In this document: one piece after another, positions 31,152 to 43,246 of the stretch | Layout of the letters: each line of letters starts with the position of its first letter | Numbering within the stretch: the first letter of the stretch is position 1 | Source: an uncultured Actinomycetota bacterium | GTDB taxonomy: Bacteria > Actinomycetota > Actinomycetes > Propionibacteriales > Propionibacteriaceae | Reading direction: 5' to 3' | Length of the DNA: 64,000 nucleotides | NCBI GenBank assembly: GCA_963713165.1 | Contig: CAVQKU010000002.1 | Span: 566,845-630,844, forward strand | Position numbers and translations under genes: made by a program | The notes under the pieces: model-generated | What the model was told of the DNA's origin: nothing | Database searches by the model: none | The model's input: only the letters and a program-made list of their open reading frames with translations

Positions 31152-32246
31152 TCAGCGGGCGAGGGCCCGGGAGACGACGTCACCGTTGACGGCGCCGACC
31201 GCGAGGCGGCCGTCGTCGGTCAGGATCGCGGTGACGACCGTGCCGTCGAGCTCGCGCCCGGAGCCCCACGAGCCGGAGACCGGCTTCAGCTGGGCCAGGA
31301 AGCCCTTCAGCGTCGGGTCGTCGGTCGTGGTCGCCCCGCTCGGCAGCTTGGTGACCACGACGGTGCTCCAGCCCTCGCCGACGGTGGTCGTGTCGCGCTC
31401 GGCCCGGGCCTTGCGGGACGCGAGGTCCTTCTTCTCCGCGGCCGTCGGGGCCTTGCGCTCCGGTGCCGCCTTCTCGGTGACCTTGGTGCCCTCCGGCGGG
31501 TTGAACGCGAACATCCGGGCGTCCGGGCGACCGAAGGCGATGTCGGTGTAGGCGACGTCGAGGGCCGTCTTGTCGTTCGGCCCGAAGACCTGGACGCGCA
31601 GCGGGGTGTAGTTCTCGCCGTCGACGGCGACCCGGACCTGCTTGACCAGCGAGGCGCTGTCGAGCGGGGTCAGCACGAGGTCGTACGCGGCCCGCCCGGC
31701 CACGGTGACCTCGGGGTCGACGCGGACGTCGGTGGTCGGCGTCAGCTTGGCCAGCACCGCCGTCGCGGCGTCCTGCGGCGTCTGCGGGGCACCCTCGGGG
31801 GCCGTGCGCCGGGTCCTGTCGCCCGCGGGCAGCGTCGTCTTCGTCGCGGTCTTCTGGCGGCTGTCGTAGGTCCAGACGTCGGTGCCGTTCGTGACGACGT
31901 CGGTCTCGGCGTACTGGTCGTTCACCGCCAGACGGGCCTGGTCCGGCGCGCCGTACCAGACGCGCATCGTGTGGCTGCCCGACAGCAGCGAGGTCAGCTT
32001 GCCGCCGGGGCTGTCGCTGCCGCCCGGGACGGCCGGGATGCCGAGGTCGGCGTCCTGCACGACGGTGCCCGAGAGCCCGTCGACCTTCGACTCCGACACC
32101 TTGACCAGCAGGTCCTGCGCGGAGATGTCCGGCAGCGGGTCCTTGGCGTTGGCGCGCGTGGTCGCGAGGAAGCTCGCGAGGACGACGAGCAGGACGGCGA
32201 GCGGGACCAGCCAGCGCAGGGCGGGCCGGGCGGTGAGCGAACGCAT
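31152..32246 (-). CDS. Membrane-anchored LolA/DUF2092-like protein
   Basis: N-terminal TM/signal, LSGTV...DLG.P, SHTMRVW, VVTNGTDVWTYDS, AYDLVLTP, VRVAVDG..PLRVQV, FAFNPPEG. Confidence 0.7.
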   Translation of the reverse strand: MRSLTARPALRWLVPLAVLLVVLASFLATTRANAKDPLPDISAQDLLVKVSESKVDGLSGTVVQDADLGIPAVPGGSDSPGGKLTSLLSGSHTMRVWYGAPDQARLAVNDQYAETDVVTNGTDVWTYDSRQKTATKTTLPAGDRTRRTAPEGAPQTPQDAATAVLAKLTPTTDVRVDPEVTVAGRAAYDLVLTPLDSASLVKQVRVAVDGENYTPLRVQVFGPNDKTALDVAYTDIAFGRPDARMFAFNPPEGTKVTEKAAPERKAPTAAEKKDLASRKARAERDTTTVGEGWSTVVVTKLPSGATTTDDPTLKGFLAQLKPVSGSWGSGRELDGTVVTAILTDDGRLAVGAVNGDVVSRALAR

Positions 32247-32356
32247 GTGATGAGTCTGCAAGCCCTCCGCTGTCAGGACGCTGAGAGGTCGGGCGCCGCC
32301 CGCTGCTGCTCGGCGATGGTCCGATGGTCTGACCGCCTGGCGGACACACTGGTCCC

Positions 32357-33013
32357 ATGCGGCTGCTGCTCGTGGACGACGAACCGGGACTCCGGTCCGC
32401 CCTGCGCAAGGGGCTGGCGGCGGACGGGTTCGCCGTCGACGTCGCCGCCGACGGGGCCGAGGGGCTGGCGCTGGCCGGCAGCGAGACGTACGACGCCGTG
32501 GTGCTCGACGTGATGCTGCCGCGGCTGTCGGGCTACGAGGTGGTGCGGCGGCTGCGGGCGGCGGACAACTGGGTGCCGGTGCTGATGCTCTCGGCCAAGG
32601 ACGGCGAGCACGACCAGGCCGACGCGCTCGACGACGGGGCGGACGACTACCTGACCAAGCCCTTCTCCTACGTCGTCCTGCTCGCCCGGCTCCGGGCCCT
32701 GCTGCGCCGGGGCGCCGCGGCCCGGCCGGCCGTGCTCGAGGTCGGCGAGGTGCGCCTCGACCCGGCCAGCCGCCAGGTGAGCGTCGCGGGTGAGCCGGTG
32801 GAGCTGACGAGCCGGGAGTTCGCGCTGCTGGAGTACCTCGCGCGCCACGCCGGGCGCGTGCTGACCAAGACCGAGCTGCTCGACCACGTCTGGGAGGCGG
32901 CGGCGGAGACCGCGCCGAACGCCGTGGAGGTCTACGTCGGCTACGTGCGGCGCAAGATCGGGGCCGAGCGGCTCGTGACCGTGCGCGGCGCGGGCTACCG
33001 CCTGGTCGGCTGA
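32357..33013 (+). CDS. OmpR-family response regulator
   Basis: LLLVDDE, VVLDVMLP, MLSAK, GADDYLTKPF, LTSREFALL, VEVYVGYVRRK, TVRGAGY. Confidence 0.95.
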   Translation: MRLLLVDDEPGLRSALRKGLAADGFAVDVAADGAEGLALAGSETYDAVVLDVMLPRLSGYEVVRRLRAADNWVPVLMLSAKDGEHDQADALDDGADDYLTKPFSYVVLLARLRALLRRGAAARPAVLEVGEVRLDPASRQVSVAGEPVELTSREFALLEYLARHAGRVLTKTELLDHVWEAAAETAPNAVEVYVGYVRRKIGAERLVTVRGAGYRLVG

Positions 33014-33014
33014 G

Positions 33015-34431
33015 GTGGCCCGTCCGCCCGCGCCGGGCCGCGCCCGCCTCGGGCTGCGCACCCGGCTGCTGCTGATCGGGGTCACCGGCGTGGCCCTGGC
33101 GCTGCTGGTGGGGGGCGTCGGGTTCTACCAGGCCCTGCGGGTCTCCACCGACCGCACGCTCGACCGGGAGGCGCTCTCGAGCGCCCACGAGGTCGCCGCG
33201 CTCGTCGACGAGGGCCGGCTGCCCGACGCGCTGCCCAGCTCGGGCGCCCAGCTCGTCCAGGTCGTCGACGCCGGGCAGCGCGTGCTCGCGGCCTCGCTCG
33301 GTGCCGACCGCCTCGTGCCGGTGCTCGACCCGGGCCAGCTGCGCGACGCGCTGGCCGGGGAGGCGGTGCTCGTCGACGGGGGCAGGTTCGGGTCGTCGGG
33401 CCCGCTCCGCGTCCGGGCCGTCGCCGCCGGGGCGCAGGACGACCCGGTCTCGGTGGTCGTCGCCGTCCAGGTCGGCGACGTGCTCGCGGCCCGGCGCGCG
33501 CTGCGGGCGGGCCTGCTCGTCGTCTTCCCGGCGGTGCTGCTCGTGATGGCCGCGCTCGCCTGGGTCGCCATGGGCCGCACCCTGCGCCCGGTCGAGGAGC
33601 TGCGGGCGGGGGCCGAGCGCATCGGGGCGCCGCCCGGCACGGCAGCCCCCGCGCCCGACCCGGACGCCCGGCTGCCGGTGCCGCCGGCCGCCGACGAGAT
33701 CCGGGCGCTCGCGCTCACCCTGAACGGCATGCTCGACCGGCTCGCGGCCGCCCGGGAGCGGCAGCGGACCTTCGTCGCCGACGCCGCCCACGAGCTGCGC
33801 AGTCCGCTGGCGAGCATGCGGGTGCAGCTGGAGGTCGCCGGGCGGCTGGGGGAGGGCGGCGACCTGCCGGCCGAGCTCGCGCCCGACCTGGCCCGCCTGT
33901 CCGCGCTCGTCGAGGACCTGCTGCTGCTCGCCCGCAGCGGCGCCGACAGCCCGGTGCCCGCACATCCCGAACGGGTGGCGGTGCGCGCCCTGCTCGCCGA
34001 CGTCGCGGCCGACGTCCCGGCCCGCGAGGGCGTCCGCGTCGAGGCCGTCGGGGCCGTCGCCTCCACGGGACCCGGGTGACCTCGCCGTCCGGGCCGACCC
34101 CGCCGAGCTGCGCCGCGTCCTGCTGAACCTCACGACCAACGCCGTGCGCCACGCCCGCTCCCGGGTGCGCCTCGACGCCCACGCCGAGACGGCCGGGCAG
34201 GTCGTGCTCACCGTCGTCGACGACGGGCCGGGGATCCCGACGGCGGACCGGGAACGGGTGTTCCAGCGCTTCACCCGCCTCGACGACGCGCGGGACCGGG
34301 ACGCCGGCGGGTCCGGCCTCGGCCTGCCGATCGTCCGCGAGCTCCTCACCCGGGGCGGCGGCTCGGTCACGCTGGACGACGCCCCCGGCGGCGGGCTCCG
34401 GGCCGAGGTGCGGCTGCCCGGCGTGCCCTGA
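33015..34431 (+). CDS. Sensor histidine kinase, split by a frameshift near 34070
   Basis: HAMP domain and FVADAAHELRSPL in ORF 33015-34079; N box (LLNLTTNAVRH) and G boxes (DDGPGI, GGSGLGL) continue in the next frame to 34431. Confidence 0.85.
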
Positions 34432-34589
34432 CCCGGGCCGCCCTGCCGAGAAGGACGGGAGGCGCCGGCCGGGCTCGGCGGGCGCTCGTGGGGCGTGGGC
34501 GTCCACCTCGCGCTTCCTGCTGCGCAGGTCGGGCGGCCTGCGCAGGTCGGGCGGCGCGGGCAGCGCACCGGGTGACGTGCGGGGGCGCT

Positions 34590-34650
34590 GGTGGCGCTTG
34601 GTGGCGCTTGGTGGCGATTGGTGGCGATTTGGTGGCGATTTGGTGGCGAT
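34590..34650. repeat. Tandem 10-11-bp repeat GGTGGCG(C/A)TT(T) x6
   Basis: Units at 34590, 34600, 34610, 34620, 34631 and 34642. Confidence 0.9.
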
Positions 34651-34738
34651 CCGGCCCCGGGGGCCGCGTCCTCTTGTGGAGCGGTCGGACGGGATGCACG
34701 CTGAGTTCTCGCACCACCCGCGCGTGGAGGAGTCGTCC

Positions 34739-35278
34739 ATGACCAGCTCCGAGGGTTCGCCCCGACCGTCGATCGAGGTCGCCCCGCTTCAGTCGCGCGG
34801 GTCGCTCTACGGCTTCCTGCTCATGGGCCGCTGGCCCGACGACACCGTCGAGTGGGCGAAGTTCCTGGTGCTGGCCGTCCGGATGGCCGCCGTGCCCGGC
34901 CTGCTGGGCACGAGCACCGTCTTCCGGGTCCGCGAGGAGCTGCCCGAGGACCCGCAGCCCGGGGCCGTGGGCCTCGTCGTCGCCGAGGGCTCGCTGGTCG
35001 GGAGGAACCCGCTGCGGCCTGGTCAGTTCGCCGAGAGCACCCCGCCCGGCCTTCTCGTGCTGCACCCGCCGGGCAGCACCCCGCGCGCCCTGCCCGAGTA
35101 CGAGGTCGCCTCCGGCTGCGTCTTCCTCCCCGGGCTCCCGCACCTCGGTCTCGACCACCGCGCGGCGTGGGTCCAGGCCGACGTCGAGGGGACCGTCACC
35201 CGCCTCGACACCCGGACCGGCGTCGACCCCCTGGGCAACGCCGACACCGCCGCGCTGGCCCTGCTCCTGGCCGCCTGA
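34739..35278 (+). CDS. Conserved actinobacterial hypothetical protein
   Basis: GGAGG SD; GRWPDDTVEWA..AVRMAAVPGLL, SGCVFLPGLPHLGLDHRAAWV, DTAALALLLAA. Confidence 0.8.
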   Translation: MTSSEGSPRPSIEVAPLQSRGSLYGFLLMGRWPDDTVEWAKFLVLAVRMAAVPGLLGTSTVFRVREELPEDPQPGAVGLVVAEGSLVGRNPLRPGQFAESTPPGLLVLHPPGSTPRALPEYEVASGCVFLPGLPHLGLDHRAAWVQADVEGTVTRLDTRTGVDPLGNADTAALALLLAA

Positions 35279-35337
35279 CGCTCCGCGGGCGGCAACCCGG
35301 GTGACGCCCGCGCCGCGGACGCCTACGCTTCCCGCCC

Positions 35338-37020
35338 GTGGGCCACGTGGAGCTGTCGGGCACCGGCTACGACCTGCCGGACGGGCGGCCGCTGCTGGAC
35401 GACGTGTCCTTCCGCGTCGGTGACGGGGCGGTCGTCGCGCTGGTCGGGGCGAACGGGGCGGGCAAGACCACGCTGCTGCGGCTCGTCTCCGGCGACCTCG
35501 ACGCCACCCGCGGCACCATCAGCCGCAGCGGCGGCCTCGGCGTGATGCGGCAGTTCATCGGCTCGATCCGCGACGCCACGACCGTGGCGGAGCTGCTGTT
35601 CTCCCTGGCGCCCGACCGGCTGCGCTCGGCGTACGCGAGCGTCGAGGCGAGCGAGCTGGAGCTCATGGAGGACGACACCGAGCCCGTCCAGATGCGCTAC
35701 GCCACCGCGCTCGCGGAGTACGGCGACGCCGGCGGCTACGAGGCCGAGGTGCGCTTCGACGCCTGCTGCACGAGCGCGCTCGGCATCCCGTTCGACCGCG
35801 CCCGCCACCGCGAGGTCCGCACCCTCTCGGGCGGCGAGCAGAAGCGGCTGGCGCTCGAGGCGCTGCTGGGCGGGCCCGACCAGGTGCTGCTGCTCGACGA
35901 GCCGGACAACTACCTCGACGTGCCCGGCAAGCGCTGGCTGGAGGCCCAGCTGCGGGCCACGCAGAAGACCGTGCTGCTGGTCAGCCACGACCGCGAGCTG
36001 CTGGCCGAGTCCGCGACCGCGATCGCCGCGCTCGAGCTCGGCGCGGCGGGCAACACGGTGTGGGTGCACGGCGGCGGGTTCGCGACGTTCGCCGCGGCGC
36101 GGGCGGACCGCTCCGCGCGGCTGGAGGAGCTGCGGCGGCGCTGGGACGAGGAGCACCAGAAGATCAGGGACCTGGTGCAGATGTACAAGGTCAAGGCCGA
36201 GTTCAACGACGGGCTGGCCAGCCGCCTCCAGGCCGCGCGGACCCGGCTGGCCAAGTTCGAGGAGGCCGGCCCGCCGGAGGCGACGCCGCTCGAGCAGAGC
36301 GTGACGATGCGGCTCTCGGGCGGGCGTACGGGCAAGCGCGCGGTGGTCGTCGAGGACCTCGGGCTGACCGGGCTGATGCGCCCCTTCAGCACCGAGATCT
36401 GGTTCGGCGACCGGGTCGGCGTGCTCGGCTCGAACGGGTCGGGCAAGTCGCACTTCCTGCGGCTGCTGGCCCGGGGCGGGAGCCTGCCCGACCGTGAGCA
36501 CGAGCCGGTCGGCTGGCTCGACATCGCGCCCGTGGCCCACACGGGGCAGGCCCGGCTCGGCGCCCGCGTACGCCCGGGCTGGTTCGCCCAGACCCACGCG
36601 CACCCCGAGCTCGCCGGGCGCACGCTGCTGGAGGTCCTGCACCGCGGCGACGAGCACCGCCAGGGCATGGGCCGCGAGCTCGCCTCGCGCAAGCTCGACC
36701 GCTACGAGCTCGCGCACGCGGCCGAGCAGGGCTTCGAGTCGCTGTCGGGCGGCCAGCAGGCGCGGTTCCAGATCCTGCTGCTGGAGCTGTCCGGGGCCAC
36801 CCTGCTGCTGCTCGACGAGCCGACCGACAACCTCGACCTGGCGTCGGCCGAGGCGCTGGAGCAGGGTCTGGCGTCCTTCGAGGGCACGGTGGTCGCGGTG
36901 ACCCACGACCGCTGGTTCGCCCGCAGCCTCGACCGGTTCCTGGTCTTCGGGGCCGACGGCGGCGTCCACGCCACCGACGAGCCGGTCTGGGACGAGGCGC
37001 GCGTGCAGCGCGCCCGCTGA
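35338..37020 (+). CDS. ABC-F family ATPase
   Basis: Two NBDs (GANGAGKTT/LSGGEQKR/LLDEPDN and GSNGSGKS/LSGGQQAR/LDEPTDNLD) and no TM domain. Confidence 0.9.
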   Translation: MGHVELSGTGYDLPDGRPLLDDVSFRVGDGAVVALVGANGAGKTTLLRLVSGDLDATRGTISRSGGLGVMRQFIGSIRDATTVAELLFSLAPDRLRSAYASVEASELELMEDDTEPVQMRYATALAEYGDAGGYEAEVRFDACCTSALGIPFDRARHREVRTLSGGEQKRLALEALLGGPDQVLLLDEPDNYLDVPGKRWLEAQLRATQKTVLLVSHDRELLAESATAIAALELGAAGNTVWVHGGGFATFAAARADRSARLEELRRRWDEEHQKIRDLVQMYKVKAEFNDGLASRLQAARTRLAKFEEAGPPEATPLEQSVTMRLSGGRTGKRAVVVEDLGLTGLMRPFSTEIWFGDRVGVLGSNGSGKSHFLRLLARGGSLPDREHEPVGWLDIAPVAHTGQARLGARVRPGWFAQTHAHPELAGRTLLEVLHRGDEHRQGMGRELASRKLDRYELAHAAEQGFESLSGGQQARFQILLLELSGATLLLLDEPTDNLDLASAEALEQGLASFEGTVVAVTHDRWFARSLDRFLVFGADGGVHATDEPVWDEARVQRAR

Positions 37021-37026
37021 GCCGGC

Positions 37027-37437
37027 TCAGCTCACGACGGGCTCGACGTCGCGGGTGCAGTACATGCAGACCGACGCGTCGACCGGGATGAAGCTCTTGC
37101 AGTGGTCGCACTCGCGGCTGCCCTGGGCACCGGCCGCCTCTCGCCCCGTCGCCCGCCGGATCGCCGCGACGAGCAGCATGATCGTGAACGCGAGCAGCAG
37201 GAACGACACGAACGTGGTCAGGAAGTGGCCGTAGGTGATCTCGGCCCCGTTGAGGTGGGCCACGAAGGCGTCGAAGTTCGGCTGACCGAAGATCGCGGCC
37301 ACCAGCGGCAGGATGATGTCCCCGACGAGGGAGTCCACGACGCTGGCGAACGCCGCGCCGATCGCCAGCCCGACCGCGAGGTCGACGAGGCTGCCCGCGA
37401 AGGCGAAGTTCTTGAAGCTGGTGAGCAGGCTCCGCAT
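37027..37437 (-). CDS. mscL: Large-conductance mechanosensitive channel with C-terminal CxxC..CxxC tail
   Basis: FKNFAFAG.LVDLAVG..IGAAF..VV.SLV.DII.P, YG.FL; ECDHCKSFIPVDASVCMYC. Confidence 0.88.
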   Translation of the reverse strand: MRSLLTSFKNFAFAGSLVDLAVGLAIGAAFASVVDSLVGDIILPLVAAIFGQPNFDAFVAHLNGAEITYGHFLTTFVSFLLLAFTIMLLVAAIRRATGREAAGAQGSRECDHCKSFIPVDASVCMYCTRDVEPVVS

Positions 37438-37537
37438 GGGCGCGACACTAGCGCTCCGGCCGGGTCAGGGGTCGGCCGGAGCGCTCCCGGGCCCCGCCCT
37501 GAGGAGGGCGGAGGACGGCGGGCCGGGTGCGGTCCGG

Positions 37538-38893
<1,356 letters not shown>

Positions 38894-38992
38894 GGGGCCT
38901 AATCTAGGAGGACGTCCGAATACTCTTGCGGGGTGGGCGGCACACCGACCAGGTGATCCCTGCCACGGAGGTCCCTCGTCGGCGACGCTGTT

Positions 38993-39022
38993 TTGACCAC
39001 CGTTGCCGGGCGCGGGTATCTT
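38993..39022 (+). promoter_or_regulatory. Primary-sigma promoter of rplM-rpsI
   Basis: TTGACC-N18-TATCTT. Confidence 0.65.
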
Positions 39023-39154
39023 GGACGGCTGTTGCGTCCGCGCACGTGTCCGTGCCGTGCCAGGCCTCCCGGCCAGGCGGATGCGCGAGCTCGACCGCAC
39101 CGCATGAACGAACGACTCGATCCACCCACTGATCCGAGAGCTGGTCCACGACCC

Positions 39155-39616
39155 GTGTCCACGTACAGCCCCAAGCCCGGTGACCTCTCGAGGGACTGGC
39201 ACGTCATCGACGCGTCCGACGTCGTCCTCGGACGGCTCGCCGTCACCGTCGCCACCCTGCTGCGCGGCAAGCACAAGCCGACGTTCGCGCCGCACGTCGA
39301 CGGCGGCGACTTCGTCGTCGTGGTCAACGCGTCGAAGATCTCCCTCGGCGGCAGCAAGGGGACCGACAAGATGTACCACCGCCACTCCGGGCGTCCGGGT
39401 GGCCTGAAGTCGGTGGCGGCCGGCGACCTGCTCGCCCGCGACCCGCGCAAGGTCGTCGAGCTGGCGGTCTGGGGCATGCTCCCCAAGAACCGCCTCTCGC
39501 GCCAGCTCATCAAGAAGCTGAAGGTCTACTCGGGCCCCGAGCACCCGCACAGCGCCCAGCAGCCGCAGCCCTACACGATCACCCAGGTCGTGCAGCAGCA
39601 GCCGGCGTCTGTCTGA
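39155..39616 (+). CDS. rplM: 50S ribosomal protein L13
   Basis: [43 protein letters not shown]. Confidence 0.97.
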   Translation: MSTYSPKPGDLSRDWHVIDASDVVLGRLAVTVATLLRGKHKPTFAPHVDGGDFVVVVNASKISLGGSKGTDKMYHRHSGRPGGLKSVAAGDLLARDPRKVVELAVWGMLPKNRLSRQLIKKLKVYSGPEHPHSAQQPQPYTITQVVQQQPASV

Positions 39617-39668
39617 CCAGCGTCCTGACCGCCACACCGACACCCAGATCTTCGACAGGAACTCCGCT

Positions 39669-40166
39669 GTGACCGACACCGCCACCGAGATCGCCCCCAT
39701 CACCGAGGGCGACCGCGAGATCGCCTACCGCTCCGAGGCCAACCCGGGCGCGACCGCGGGCAACCGTCCGGCCGTCGTCGCCCCCGCCGGCGCGACCGGC
39801 CGCCGCAAGGAGGCGATCGCCCGCGTGCGCATCGTCCCCGGCTCCGGCCAGTGGACGATCAACGGGCGCGACCTCGAGAACTACTTCCCGAACAAGGTCC
39901 ACCAGCAGATCGTCGCGGAGCCCTTCGGCACCGCCGCGGTGACCGGCTCGTACGACGTCATCGCCCGCATCCACGGCGGCGGCGTCACCGGCCAGGCCGG
40001 CGCGCTGCGCCTCGGGATCGCCCGCTGCCTGAACGCCGTCGACGAGGAGGCGAGCCGCCCCGCGCTGAAGAAGGCCGGGATGCTCACCCGCGACGCGCGG
40101 ATCAAGGAGCGCAAGAAGGCCGGTCTCAAGAAGGCCCGCAAGGCTCCGCAGTACTCCAAGCGCTGA
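39669..40166 (+). CDS. rpsI: 30S ribosomal protein S9
   Basis: [40 protein letters not shown]. Confidence 0.97.
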   Translation: MTDTATEIAPITEGDREIAYRSEANPGATAGNRPAVVAPAGATGRRKEAIARVRIVPGSGQWTINGRDLENYFPNKVHQQIVAEPFGTAAVTGSYDVIARIHGGGVTGQAGALRLGIARCLNAVDEEASRPALKKAGMLTRDARIKERKKAGLKKARKAPQYSKR

Positions 40167-40211
40167 TCGCGTCGGCCTGCGTCGCGTCGTTCCGTCTGGC
40201 AGGGTGAGGGC

Positions 40212-41564
40212 GTGGGTCGTCTCTTCGGCACCGACGGGGTGCGTGGTCGCGCGAACGACGCGGTGACCGCCGAGCTCGCGCTCGACCTCGGCGTCGCCGC
40301 GGCGCACGTGCTCGCCGAGTCGGGCGAGTTCAGCGGCCACCGCCCGTTCGCGGTGGTCGGTCGCGACCCGCGCGCCTCGGGGGAGTTCCTCGAGGCCGCG
40401 GTCGTCGCCGGGCTCGCGAGCGCCGGCGTCGACGTCGTGCGTGTGGGGGTCGTGCCCACGCCGGGCGTCGCCTTCCTGACCGGCCAGCAGGGCGCCGACC
40501 TCGGCGTGATGCTGTCCGCGAGCCACAACCCGATGCCGGACAACGGCATCAAGTTCTTCGCCCGCGGCGGGGTCAAGCTCGACGACGCCGTGGAGGACGC
40601 GATCGAGGCCCGGCTCCGCGAGCCCTGGGCCCGTCCCACCGGGGCCGGCGTCGGTCGGGTGCGCGACGAGCCGTCGCTGGTCGAGGCCTACGTCGCCCAC
40701 CTCGTCTCGAGCGTCGGCACGCCGGTCAGCCTCGAGGGCCTCAAGGTCGTCATCGACTGCGCGAACGGGGCGGCGTACGTCGCCGGTCCCGCCGCCTTCG
40801 AGGCGCAGGGCGCCGACGTCGTCCGCATCCACGCCGAGCCCGACGGGCTCAACATCAACCGCGACTGCGGGTCGACGCACATGGACTCGCTGCGCGCTGC
40901 CGTGGTCGAGCACGGCGCCGACCTGGGCATCGCCCTCGACGGCGACGCGGACCGCTGCCTGGCGGTCGACGCGACCGGCCGCGTCGTCGACGGCGACCAG
41001 ATCCTCGCCGTCCTGGCGCTGGCCCTGCGCGAGAGCGGCCGCCTCAAGAACGACACCGTCGTGGCGACGGTGATGAGCAACCTCGGCTTCCTGCAGGCGA
41101 TGCGCCGCTCCGACGTCGCGGTCGAGCAGACCGCGGTCGGCGACCGCTACGTGCTCGAGGCCATGAAGGCGTCCGGCCACACCCTCGGCGGGGAGCAGTC
41201 CGGCCACGTGATCATGTCCGAGCACGCGACGACGGGCGACGGCGTCCTCACCGCCCTGCACCTCGCGAGCCGGATGGCGACGTCCGGCCAGAGCCTCGCC
41301 CAGCTCGCGGGCGTGATGCACCGGCTGCCGCAGGTGATGGTGAACGTCTCCGGCGTCGACAAGGCCCGGGCCGCGAGCGACGAGGGCCTGCTGGCCGCGG
41401 TCGCGCAGGCCGAGGGCGAGCTGGGCGACGCGGGCCGGGTGCTGCTGCGCTCGTCGGGCACCGAGGCGCTCGTCCGGGTGATGGTCGAGGCCGAGAGCTA
41501 CGACGTCGCCGATGCGGTGGCCCAGCGGCTCTCCGGGGTGGTCCGCGAACGGCTGGCCCTGTGA
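40212..41564 (+). CDS. glmM: Phosphoglucosamine mutase
   Basis: [29 protein letters not shown]. Confidence 0.97.
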   Translation: MGRLFGTDGVRGRANDAVTAELALDLGVAAAHVLAESGEFSGHRPFAVVGRDPRASGEFLEAAVVAGLASAGVDVVRVGVVPTPGVAFLTGQQGADLGVMLSASHNPMPDNGIKFFARGGVKLDDAVEDAIEARLREPWARPTGAGVGRVRDEPSLVEAYVAHLVSSVGTPVSLEGLKVVIDCANGAAYVAGPAAFEAQGADVVRIHAEPDGLNINRDCGSTHMDSLRAAVVEHGADLGIALDGDADRCLAVDATGRVVDGDQILAVLALALRESGRLKNDTVVATVMSNLGFLQAMRRSDVAVEQTAVGDRYVLEAMKASGHTLGGEQSGHVIMSEHATTGDGVLTALHLASRMATSGQSLAQLAGVMHRLPQVMVNVSGVDKARAASDEGLLAAVAQAEGELGDAGRVLLRSSGTEALVRVMVEAESYDVADAVAQRLSGVVRERLAL

Positions 41565-41592
41565 GACCACCTCCGCGCAGGACGCGGGCGCG

Positions 41593-43028
41593 ATGACCAT
41601 GCCGGTGACCCCCGACGCCGGCAGCCCCAGGACGGGGCCCTCGCTCCAGCGTCGCGTGAGCAGGTTCACCCTGCTCATGGTCTCCCTCGCCGTGCTCGTC
41701 ACCGGCCTCGGCGCGTACGGTGCCACCCGCATCTCCGTGGACGACCGCATCGACGCCGTCCTGCTGCGTGCCTCGACCGGGGCCGTCGGCGCGCTCGGGC
41801 CGTCGCCGTCGAGGGCGGAGGTGGAGCGCTACGTGGCGCAGGACCGCGACCTCGAGGTCGACCTGCTGCTCGCCGCCGTCCGCGCCGACGGCAGCGTGGT
41901 GACGTCGCCGGGCTCCCAGGTCGTCCTGGTCGACGGGCGCGACCGTGCGGTGGCGCAGGGGCGGCTCGGGACCCTCACGCACGCCGCCCGCACCACGGCC
42001 GGCAGCGACTACCGCGTGCGCGTGGTCCCGCTGGGCCGTGAGTCGGGCACCGCCCTCGTCGTCGGGCGCCCGCTGAGCGGCTCCGCCCAGATCCTCGGCG
42101 CCCTCGCCCTGGCCCTGGTCTGCTTCGGGGCCGTCGCGGTCGCCGCGGCCGGGCTGGTGGCCCGCCACGTCGCCCGGGCCGGCGTCGCCCCCGTCCGGAA
42201 GCTGACCGCGGAGGTGGAGGAGCGCGCGGCGGCGGAGGACCTCACCCCCGTCCGTGTCGAGCGCGACGACGAGATCGGGCGCCTCGCGGTCGCCTTCAAC
42301 CACCTGCTCGAGACGATCACCGTCTCCCGCGTGCGCCAGGCGCGTTTCGTGGCCGACGCCGGCCACGAGCTGCGGACCCCCTGACGAGCCTGCGGACCAA
42401 CGTCGAGCTGCTGGCCGCCGACACCCAGCACGCGATGCTGCGGCCCGACGACCGGCTGACGATCGTGCGCGACGTGCAGGCCCAGCTCGTCGCCTTCTCC
42501 TCGCTCGTCACCGACCTCATCGGGCTGACCCGGGAGGACCGGACGGCCGGGGAGCTGACCGAGGTCGACCTGACCGCCGTCCTGGAGGAGGCGGTCGACC
42601 GGGTGAGCATGCGCACCGCCGGGCTCTCGTGGCGCGTCGACCTCGAGCCCGCGCACGTGCGGGGCGACGCGGACCTGCTGGCCCGGGCCCTGGGCAACGT
42701 GCTCGACAACGCGGTGCAGTTCTCCCCGGCGGGCGGCACGATCACCGTGACGCAGCGCGGGGGCGAGATCCGGGTCAGCGACGAGGGGGGCGGCGTGCAG
42801 CCCGAGGAGCGGCCCTTCGTCTTCGACCGCTTCTTCCGCGCCGAGGCCGCCCGCGCGACGCCGGGGACCGGCCTCGGCCTGTCGATCACGGAGTCGGTCG
42901 TCCGGCAGCACGGCGGGACCGTCGTGGTGACCGACGCCCCGGGTGGCGGCGCGCTCTTCGTGCTGCGCCTCCCGACGGTGACGTCGTCCGCGGCGCCCGA
43001 CGTGCTCGGCGCGGCGCCCCCGAGCTAG
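41593..43028 (+). CDS. Orphan MprB-like sensor histidine kinase with a one-base frameshift at about 42381
   Basis: HAMP (RDDEIGRLAVAFN), ADAGHELRTP|LTSLRTNVELL broken at a C5 run; NVLDNA, DEGGG and GTGLGL downstream. Confidence 0.85.
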
Positions 43029-43042
43029 CGGGCGCGCGGGAC

Positions 43043-43246
43043 TCAGGGCGTGGTGACGGCCCAGAAGAGCTGCGCCACACCGGGCAGGACGCCGAGCGCG
43101 GCCAGGACCAGGGCGACGACCACGACGACGAGGGTCAGCAGCAGCGCGAAGGCGACGACGCCGAAGGCCCCGAAGAACCCCGCCTTGAAGGCGGTGCCGG
43201 CGCCCAGCCGGGTGCGACCGGGCAGCGTCTCGTGCTCGTTCGCCAT
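43043..43246 (-). CDS. Small membrane protein (67 aa)
   Basis: Long hydrophobic stretch; TACGGT -10 lies 6 nt before the ATG. Confidence 0.6.
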   Translation of the reverse strand: MANEHETLPGRTRLGAGTAFKAGFFGAFGVVAFALLLTLVVVVVALVLAALGVLPGVAQLFWAVTTP

